In this document: piece by piece, positions 1 to 6,564 of the stretch
How the letters are laid out: each line of letters begins with the position of its first letter
Numbering within the stretch: position 1 is the first letter of the stretch
Virus record (IMG/VR): IMGVR_UViG_3300043642_000042
Coordinates: 1 to 29,559 of that record
Origin: a virus
Taxonomy: Duplodnaviria > Caudoviricetes
Length of the DNA: 29,559 bases
Strand: one strand, 5' to 3'
Program-made: the position numbers and the translations under genes
The notes under the pieces: model-generated
Told to the model about the DNA's origin: nothing
What the model saw: the letters and a program-made list of their open reading frames with translations, nothing else
Databases searched by the model: none

Positions 1-960
1 CTATCTTTCTACTATAGTGTCAAAAGCCGTATTCCTAGGACAAATAGCATTGAGCGCTTCCGCTTTGGCGGTTATCCGAATTCTGGAATAATACCGGGAC
101 ATTTTGATCGACTGGTGACCCGCGATTGACATGATCGTTTCATCGGGTGCTCCTGATTCAAACAGTTTCGTGATGATCTGGTTGCGAAAGTTTCGCGGCT
201 GCAGCCACTCTAGTCCCGTCTTTTTCCGCATCGTCCTGAATGCCGACCGTATAAAGTATGGCGACGCCGCCTTCCCAACGTCATAGCTCCCGCGCTTCAG
301 CCGGTACGGAAAAATGTAATGGTCCGCATGCCACGCTCCCAGGCGTTTTGCCCGCTCCACGATCCTCCGTACCTGTTTCGCGGCCACCGCATTCAGCGGC
401 ACTACGCGCGCCCGAAACTCATTCTTCACCTTGGTATCAGGGATATGGATCGTCGGCGGCTCGTGCTCCAGAAAAACATGTTTCATCTGCAGGTACCGCA
501 GCTCAATTCCCATGGCCGACGTATTATTCGTCAGCGACACCGCCCAGTACGCCACGCTCCAATCCGGATTCCCCGCCACCACGCGAAAGAATCTTTCTTC
601 TTCTTCCGCTGTCAGCACCTTAGGCGGCGTCCAATTCGGCAGCGGCAGCGGCTTGTAATGCTTCTCGATCAGGTCCCACAACTCCGCGGTCTTCAAAATC
701 TGCGCCAGCGTATTCAGTTCATGGTTCACGCAAGATGCTCCTGCTTCCAGCCGCCTTTGCCGCTGGTATTCCAGAAAATGCCCAATATGGATCTGCGACA
801 GCAACACGCCCGCAAACACTTTCTGCAAATTTCTTACATACCATTCGTACATCTCGATCGTCCGCGGCTTCTTGCTGTGCATCTTCTTGATCTCCAGCCA
901 TTGCCGGGCTGCTTCTTCAAAAGGAAGTGTGCGAAACTTTAATGGCGTTAGCATTTTCAT
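1..960 (-). CDS. Tyrosine recombinase / phage integrase family protein with atypical catalytic motifs
   Basis: Core-binding region, VLTAEEE patch, KVKNEFRARVVPLN (catalytic Lys strand) and AGHQSIKMSRYY (His/Tyr). Box I reads NTSAMGIEL and box II reads PRNFRN. Confidence 0.9.
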   Translation of the reverse strand: MKMLTPLKFRTLPFEEAARQWLEIKKMHSKKPRTIEMYEWYVRNLQKVFAGVLLSQIHIGHFLEYQRQRRLEAGASCVNHELNTLAQILKTAELWDLIEKHYKPLPLPNWTPPKVLTAEEEERFFRVVAGNPDWSVAYWAVSLTNNTSAMGIELRYLQMKHVFLEHEPPTIHIPDTKVKNEFRARVVPLNAVAAKQVRRIVERAKRLGAWHADHYIFPYRLKRGSYDVGKAASPYFIRSAFRTMRKKTGLEWLQPRNFRNQIITKLFESGAPDETIMSIAGHQSIKMSRYYSRIRITAKAEALNAICPRNTAFDTIVER

Positions 961-1064
961 AAGAGCTCGTACCTTGCTTTTGCGGCCATCCGGCCGTAGG
1001 GAGTAGCCGGGAGAGCCGCTTACTTGGGTTCAGCCGTCATTCTATGTGGTTCGTTTTTATTTCG

Positions 1065-1116
1065 CTACAACAAAATGTAGCGCAGTCAGGGGACCCTGGC
1101 CCACAACATATAGTTT
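1065..1116. promoter_or_regulatory. Candidate NrdR-box-like operator pair upstream of the recombinase
   Basis: CCACAACATATAGTTT (1101-1116) fits acaCwAtATaTwGtgt at all core positions. A weaker copy, CTACAACAAAATGTAG (1065-1080), lies inside the palindrome CGCTACA-N6-TGTAGCG. A minus-strand TAGAAT is at 1044-1039. Confidence 0.4.
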
Positions 1117-1203
1117 TTGGCCAAAAATCCCCGCGGAAATCATGGATTCCCTGCTCGACCCGCAATTTCGGATTGCCCATGCCTGCCGCTGCCTCCGCCG
1201 CTT

Positions 1204-1488
1204 TTACCCCTCGACCGCCCGCTGCAATGGTGTGCTCACCGGCATCAGCGCCAATACGCTGTCCGGCGTGATCTCCTGGCCAGCCGCGTCATGCGCCGCC
1301 TGAATCGCGATTGCTGCCAGGTTGGCAAACGCTTCCGTAAGGCGCTCCGCTCCTGCTGCATCGAATCCGCCCACGCCGTCCGCTTGCCCAATCAATTGCT
1401 CAATGAACAGCGCGGCGTCTTTCACCGTCTTCAATTGCTGTTTCAGTTTGTCTGCCGTGGAAATGCCTGTTACAGGATTTGTTGCCAA
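1204..1488 (-). CDS. Hypothetical helical protein (94 aa) in the lysis-region position
   Basis: TTG start preceded by GAGGTG; Ala-rich amphipathic sequence; co-oriented with the holin-like gene. Confidence 0.7.
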   Translation of the reverse strand: MATNPVTGISTADKLKQQLKTVKDAALFIEQLIGQADGVGGFDAAGAERLTEAFANLAAIAIQAAHDAAGQEITPDSVLALMPVSTPLQRAVEG

Positions 1489-1509
1489 GATTGCACCTCG
1501 TGAAAATCG

Positions 1510-1551
1510 GTATTTGGTATTTAGTAATTGGTGATTGGTATTTAGTATTTG
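1510..1551. repeat. Degenerate heptamer tandem repeat, 6 units
   Basis: GTATTTG GTATTTA GTAATTG GTGATTG GTATTTA GTATTTG. Confidence 0.85.
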
Positions 1552-1554
1552 GTC

Positions 1555-1664
1555 GTCATCCCGAACCCCGTCAGCGAAGGCGCGCTTTCAACCCGGGGCC
1601 CCCAGCACGCGCGGTTTTCGCGTGATGGGGTGGTTCATCAGCGCCTGAGTAGGGGTGAGGGACC
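1555..1664. repeat. REP-like palindromic element with a second REP type nested at 1592-1633
   Basis: The ends GTCATCCCGAACCCC ... GGGGTGAGGGACC resemble the reverse complement of 8708-8745. The nested CCCGGGGCCCCCAGCACGCGCGGTTTTCGCGTGATGGGGTGG resembles the reverse complement of 22557-22598. Confidence 0.7.
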
Positions 1665-1730
1665 TTGCGCCCATTTACTCTGCAACTCCGTCGCCGGCTG
1701 CGTTATGAGTTTCCTCGATGCAGGTTCGTA

Positions 1731-1897
1731 TCAGGGCACGGGCTTTAGCCGTGCCGTAAGTCGCTTTTTTGAGATTTGGGCTTTAGCCCCTGCGTTTTTC
1801 AATTTGCAAAAAGTCTCCTCGGACGAGACACGTGTCAGGGCACGAATTTATTCGTGCCGTCTCGCCCATACAAAATTTATTGGGCTTTAGCCCCTGA
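1731..1897. repeat. Two tandem REP/REPIN-like units (1731-1792 and 1835-1897)
   Basis: Each unit is TCAGGGCACG-palindrome-CGTGCCGT ... GGGCTTTAGCCCCTG. The second contains the stop codon of the 1877-2635 gene. Confidence 0.8.
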
Positions 1898-2635
1898 ATT
1901 TATCAGCGGCCTTAACGCCGCCACCGCCGCCACTGGATCCCGAACATCCGGCCACTTAACCACGCCCGCCGGCTTTTTCCCCATCAGCCCGCGCACCGCA
2001 TTCAGCAGCGTGGGAAACTGTTCCAGCAACCCCACCACCGCGGCTTGCTTCTCCTGCAGCGTCGCGGACTTGTCTTTCGCCACTTTGGCCACGGCATACG
2101 CGGCAAAGGCGTCCACCGCGGCCACCTGCACCTGGCGCGCTTTCTCCACGGCCTGTTGCGCTTCGCGCGTCTGCGGCAGATAAAACGTTTGCGGATCAAA
2201 CGCCGCGTCCTGCGCGGCATTCTGTGAATCAGCGGCGCATGCATGCCGGATGTCGGCATCAAAGTGGTTGTAGCCAGCCACCGCGCAATCGATCAGCGCT
2301 TTGCTCGCGGCCAGTGACGCATATGTCGTCCGGTCCCACGAACTCACGCATCCCGCCAGCAGCGCGCTCGCCGGGATGATCACGCAAAACGCCAGCACAC
2401 TGGTAATCTTCGTCCAGTCAGTAATGCGGCCCTGCTGGCTTCCCGGCAGCGGCGACTGCTTCAGATACAGCAGCACTGACTTCACGCCAATCACCAGCGC
2501 CGCCGCGCCAACTTTCGTCAGTCCGGCTCTGGAAAAGTTAAAGCTCGCCGGATCCAGTTGCATGGTGGCCAGCGCGGTAATCATTGAGCTCAGCGCAAAT
2601 ACGCCCAGCCCCTTGAACCAGGTTCTAAGGTTCAT
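1877..2635 (-). CDS. Holin-like membrane protein fused to a lipoprotein-like C-terminal domain
   Basis: Two N-terminal hydrophobic segments ending YLKQSPLP, a third hydrophobic segment ending in LLAGC (Cys96), then an Ala-rich helical domain. It lies downstream of the tail genes. The ORF is solid and the function is inferred. Confidence 0.6.
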   Translation of the reverse strand: MNLRTWFKGLGVFALSSMITALATMQLDPASFNFSRAGLTKVGAAALVIGVKSVLLYLKQSPLPGSQQGRITDWTKITSVLAFCVIIPASALLAGCVSSWDRTTYASLAASKALIDCAVAGYNHFDADIRHACAADSQNAAQDAAFDPQTFYLPQTREAQQAVEKARQVQVAAVDAFAAYAVAKVAKDKSATLQEKQAAVVGLLEQFPTLLNAVRGLMGKKPAGVVKWPDVRDPVAAVAALRPLINSGAKAQ

Positions 2636-2688
2636 GGTGTTGTCCCTCGTTTCGATTGAAGTTAATTTTTAATGCAGATATTGGAAGA

Positions 2689-2732
2689 GCTTTTGGCTTT
2701 TGGCTTTTGGCTTTTGGCTTTTGGCTTTTGGC
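2689..2732. repeat. Perfect heptamer tandem repeat (GCTTTTG)x6
   Basis: Read directly from the sequence. Confidence 0.95.
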
Positions 2733-2793
2733 GGTTGGGTTAAACGACTGTCGACTTACGAAGGTATTCGCTTGTCGCCTTGCCGCTTGCTGC

Positions 2794-2866
2794 TGTCATC
2801 CTGAGCGAAGCGCCTCAAGAGGTGTTGACGATTGCGGGAATCATGAGCGCGAAGTCGAAGGATCCC
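2794..2866. repeat. REP-like element
   Basis: TGTCATCCTGAGCGA ... AGTCGAAGGATCCC; a related copy in the opposite orientation lies at 25117-25172. Confidence 0.75.
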
Positions 2867-2943
2867 GGCACTATTCACCCTTCAATTCAGCCTCAGGGAG
2901 TTCTCACGAGAAACCGCCATCGCGAGAAACGAAGCGTGCACTC

Positions 2944-3465
2944 TCATTCATTCATTGAACTATCTTCCCCATCAGCCATTTCATCGCCATCCACCACCGC
3001 TCCCGCCTCCACGTGTCGCCACGATGTCCCTCTGGCAATGCATCCGATCGTCGCGGGTGTCACGCCATATTCGCGCGCGATCTCGCTCATGCACATGCGA
3101 TTCTCCGCCAGCAATCTCTTGATCCTGCTTACCTTTTCCGCTGTCAGTTTGGATCGGCTGTGGTTGTCACCATGCGGACTCCTGCCCTTTTCCTTCATGT
3201 CTCTCATGTTGTCCATCATCGTTCCCACAAATAGATGTTCAGGGTTCACGCAGGCCCGCACATCGCACTTATGGCAGACCACCAGGCCCGGCGCTATCTC
3301 GCCGCGGAAAAACTTCCACGCCAGCCGATGCGCGGGATACATCTTTCGTTCAAACCGCACCATTCCGTAGCCGCTGGCTATCACCATCCCCCGCCATAGC
3401 CAGCACCCGCTTTCGCGGTCTGGACAGACCTTCGCCAGAAATCTTTCTTTTGGAGTCAATTTCAT
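2944..3465 (-). CDS. HNH endonuclease (homing-type His-Me finger) with a C-terminal helix-turn-helix
   Basis: Motifs GCWLWRG, AHRLAW and VCHKCDVRACVNPEHLFVGT..DN; HTH-like SEIAREYGVTPATIGCI. Start moved to ATG 3465 (CAGGAG upstream). Confidence 0.9.
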   Translation of the reverse strand: MKLTPKERFLAKVCPDRESGCWLWRGMVIASGYGMVRFERKMYPAHRLAWKFFRGEIAPGLVVCHKCDVRACVNPEHLFVGTMMDNMRDMKEKGRSPHGDNHSRSKLTAEKVSRIKRLLAENRMCMSEIAREYGVTPATIGCIARGTSWRHVEAGAVVDGDEMADGEDSSMNE

Positions 3466-3668
3466 TGAGAATGTCTCCTGGGTAACGACCAAATTTCTTG
3501 AGGATCGGATGAAACAGTTTCGTGTCTCACGTCACTAGACTGAAGGTTGTATTTGTCGTCGCTTTGCAAAAAAATGAGTTTGCGAAGGGAAAAACGAGTA
3601 TTTTCGTTATCAGATGTGAACGAAACAAATTTTAGGGCCACTGCCCAAAGTCTGTTCTAGGAGTGCTT

Positions 3669-4001
3669 ATGGCTTGCCAGATTCGTCCTGACCCAACCGG
3701 GATTAACAGATTCCAGGCGCCCAGTGGCGCAACTCTCACACTCTGTATCGACAGCGCCAGTGGCCTCGCCCACCTTACCGCCGCCAATCTCAATGGCGCG
3801 AATATTCCTGTAAACGATCCGTGCGTTACCTTTACCATTGTCGCCGGACCGAATCTCCTGCTCATCACCGTGGTTTCACCGGACAACAACGACACCATTA
3901 CGGTTTCCGAAGACTGTGGCAATGGAACGAAGAACCCAATTGACGTGTATCCGTACGACCCGTCCGACCCGGTGCGCGGTTACACGATTATCGGAAGGTA
4001 A
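3669..4001 (+). CDS. Hypothetical beta-rich protein (110 aa)
   Basis: AGGAG before ATG 3669; ends 8 nt before the next gene, consistent with an operon. Confidence 0.7.
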   Translation: MACQIRPDPTGINRFQAPSGATLTLCIDSASGLAHLTAANLNGANIPVNDPCVTFTIVAGPNLLLITVVSPDNNDTITVSEDCGNGTKNPIDVYPYDPSDPVRGYTIIGR

Positions 4002-4009
4002 GGAACTTC

Positions 4010-5599
4010 ATGCGCAAATACTGCTTACTGAGCTTTTTGTTGATCGCTAGTCTTCTTGAGGGTCAGGAACTTAAGACCGCTAACACCGCGCTCCAGCCTT
4101 ACAGCGACCTGCTGAACAAAGTCTTGACGGCCCCGAACGCCGCCGCCAAAACCACAGCGGTCAATGATCTGATGACCATTGAGCGCCACTTGAATCAGTT
4201 CTCGCAATACGCCAGCTCAGTCCGCTTTGCAACCAATGATGATCTGGCCAAAGAGGTACAACAGAAGTTGGCCAACCTGGTCGAGCAGAGTCGGCTCGAT
4301 GTACAGTCCGACTCCGGCCCCGGTGCCAGTGGCAGCACTTCGGCTGTGGCCAAAGCCGGTCTTTCCTCAATCTTGAGCGCTGCCATTGAAAGTGGGGCCA
4401 TCACGCAAGCCATCAATGGCAACACCATCAACGTTACCGGCAATGTGGACTCAGTTGCGCGCTTCCTCGCTGGAGGCCCGCCCATTCCCTATTGCCCGCC
4501 CTCGAAGAACACAAAGGCAGGCTGCGGAACTCCAATATTGAAAGACCTTGGCTTTTCAGTTTCCGTGGATACGGACCAGAACTCCACCAAGACCGCCGCC
4601 ACCAGCCCCACGGACAATCCCGCAGGCACGCCTTCAACCGTCAATCTTTTGGCGGGAAAGAACAGGTTTTCCGGAGCTTCCCTCAAGTATGTTTTCCGCA
4701 ACCCGCGCGACGTGCACTCAAGCCAATTTCGAACGGAATGGAACGATTTTTACAAGAAGCACGTGGAAGAATTTCAGATCGCCGGCGCGCAACTCCTGGG
4801 CACTGTCTCTCACGCGTTCTTGCCTGTCACGCAGGCCCCTGATAACCAGTACGGGAAGCTACAACTCTCGCACGTAAATGAGCTCATGACTGCCACTACC
4901 CAGGCTGACCTTGAAACCGCACTTGCGTCATATTTGAACGCCGTAATCGCTTTGGGAAGGTCCGTCGCGCCGGACTTTGATAAGCAGCTTCGCTCTGTTC
5001 TCTCTGCCTACATGCTTTATCTGGGTAATGTCAACGCGCTGCTTAAGACCATCAATGAGAAAACAGTCTTCTCCGCTGAATACAACTTTCAGCGTCCTCA
5101 GGGACAGCCCGATACGAGCGCCTTTCGCATCATGTCATCGTTCAATCCCTTAGGCCCAAACGGCACCCTCAGCATCAACGTGGCCGGGACTCTTTATAAT
5201 TCATCCTCGGTAACCACGCAGTTTGGCCGCTGGCGCGATGCTCAGGCGTCCCTCCAGTTGGAGCGCCGGATCTCAGGCGACCTCGCAAACTATCCCGCGC
5301 GCTTCAGCCTCGCCGCCTATTTCCAATACATGTTCTCTCCCGGCCTCATCAGTCTTGACTCCAGCAATTTTGCGCCCGGAACCAACATCAATCTGGGACA
5401 GTCGGCCGCTGTCGCTTTGGCCCCAGCGGGAGCAATCTGGATCGGCGAAGCCAAACTCACTCTAAAACTGAAAAGCAGCGGGGCTGAGATTCCAATCTCC
5501 ATCACCCAGTCAAATCGCACTGACCTCATCAAATCCACCGTCACCAGGGGGCATATCGGTTTAACTTTCGATTTCGGTAGGCTCCTCGGCTCGAACTGA
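4010..5599 (+). CDS. Exported hypothetical protein (529 aa), possibly outer-membrane associated
   Basis: Signal-peptide-like MRKYCLLSFLLIASLLEG; C-terminal third with alternating beta-strand pattern ending GHIGLTFDF. Confidence 0.8.
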   Translation: MRKYCLLSFLLIASLLEGQELKTANTALQPYSDLLNKVLTAPNAAAKTTAVNDLMTIERHLNQFSQYASSVRFATNDDLAKEVQQKLANLVEQSRLDVQSDSGPGASGSTSAVAKAGLSSILSAAIESGAITQAINGNTINVTGNVDSVARFLAGGPPIPYCPPSKNTKAGCGTPILKDLGFSVSVDTDQNSTKTAATSPTDNPAGTPSTVNLLAGKNRFSGASLKYVFRNPRDVHSSQFRTEWNDFYKKHVEEFQIAGAQLLGTVSHAFLPVTQAPDNQYGKLQLSHVNELMTATTQADLETALASYLNAVIALGRSVAPDFDKQLRSVLSAYMLYLGNVNALLKTINEKTVFSAEYNFQRPQGQPDTSAFRIMSSFNPLGPNGTLSINVAGTLYNSSSVTTQFGRWRDAQASLQLERRISGDLANYPARFSLAAYFQYMFSPGLISLDSSNFAPGTNINLGQSAAVALAPAGAIWIGEAKLTLKLKSSGAEIPISITQSNRTDLIKSTVTRGHIGLTFDFGRLLGSN

Positions 5600-5606
5600 G
5601 ATGGCC

Positions 5607-5768
5607 TCAGGCTTCAACCGATTTTCCGTTCGCGCTGATGCCTTTGCGCTCGGCAAAGTCTGTCCACATCAGCTTGTGCTGGTACACAATGATTGACATC
5701 TTGCGATAAATCCCCAGCAGCACCAGCAGGTTCGCTGCCGTAACAAAGTCGGTAAAGTGGATTTGCAT
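5607..5768 (-). CDS. Small single-TM protein (53 aa), absent from the ORF track
   Basis: GGAGAGG RBS, then MQIHFTDFVTAANLLVLLGIYRKMSIIVYQHKLMWTDFAERKGISANGKSVEA; co-oriented with the phage backbone. Confidence 0.7.
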   Translation of the reverse strand: MQIHFTDFVTAANLLVLLGIYRKMSIIVYQHKLMWTDFAERKGISANGKSVEA

Positions 5769-5856
5769 GGGTCCTCTCCGAAGAAATGATTTCGCTCAAA
5801 CAAAAGAAACAGCTCGTACTCGCACCACAGAACTGTTCAGCTTCAATAATTCGTTC

Positions 5857-5865
5857 TGATAGACT
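5857..5865 (+). promoter_or_regulatory. Possible extended -10 promoter for the methyltransferase
   Basis: TGaTAGACT about 30 nt upstream of ATG 5897. Confidence 0.35.
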
Positions 5866-5896
5866 CTGTTCTTTCCGGGAAACGGAGTCGGTGCAG

Positions 5897-6529
5897 ATGA
5901 AACACTCGCTTTACGAATTTGGCGCCAGCGAGGGCGCGGTACGGTATCTACAACAACGTTTTGTGCAACGGTTCCGCGGGTTCTCTCCTGTATTGGACAT
6001 CGGCTGTGGTCGCGGAATTTTTCTTTCCCTGCTCAAGGAGGCCGGTATTGAAGCAGTCGGCCTCGACCATGCCGATGAAGCAGTGCAGGCTTCGCGCAGC
6101 CACGGCTTCACTATCGAGCAGGCCGAGTGCCTCCCCTTTCTTGAAACCACGCAGCAGAAGTTTGGCGGCATCTTTTGCAGCCATGTCATCGAGCACATGG
6201 ATTTTGAAAGTGCAACGCGCCTCATCGAGGCCTGCCGTCGCGTTCTGCGCCCAGGCGGCAAGCTGGTAATCGTCACCCCAAACCCTGAAGACCTTGCCAT
6301 CATCGGTGAAATTTTCTGGCTGGATCCGACCCACGTTCGTCCCTACCCCTTGCTGCTTCTCTGCAGCATGCTGGAAGGCTCTGGATTCACCGTGACTCAG
6401 CGCGAACAGTTTAATGGTGGTTGGAGACTCATTGGCCGCCGGCATCTCTTTGCCTTCTACTGGAAGAAGATGTTCCTGGGAAACAACTATGGCCGTCCGA
6501 ATACCGCAGTTACCGCCGTGATTTCATGA
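5897..6529 (+). CDS. Class I SAM-dependent methyltransferase
   Basis: VLDIGCGRG motif I, SHVIEH, LRPGGKLVIVTPNP and WLDPTHVRPY. Start moved to ATG 5897 (GGAG upstream). Confidence 0.92.
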   Translation: MKHSLYEFGASEGAVRYLQQRFVQRFRGFSPVLDIGCGRGIFLSLLKEAGIEAVGLDHADEAVQASRSHGFTIEQAECLPFLETTQQKFGGIFCSHVIEHMDFESATRLIEACRRVLRPGGKLVIVTPNPEDLAIIGEIFWLDPTHVRPYPLLLLCSMLEGSGFTVTQREQFNGGWRLIGRRHLFAFYWKKMFLGNNYGRPNTAVTAVIS

Positions 6530-6564
6530 AAACGTTGACCAGCATAGCCACTTTCCGTTCGTTG

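Noticed and set aside
1004-1013. TAGCCGGGAG shared in inverted form with 25991-26000 as att or inversion sites
   Set aside because: Only 10 bp and GC-rich; a match of this length is expected by chance in 30 kb.
2944-3465. HNH as an HK97 gp74-type terminase cofactor
   Set aside because: It has the homing-type architecture with a C-terminal HTH and lies 23 kb from terL.
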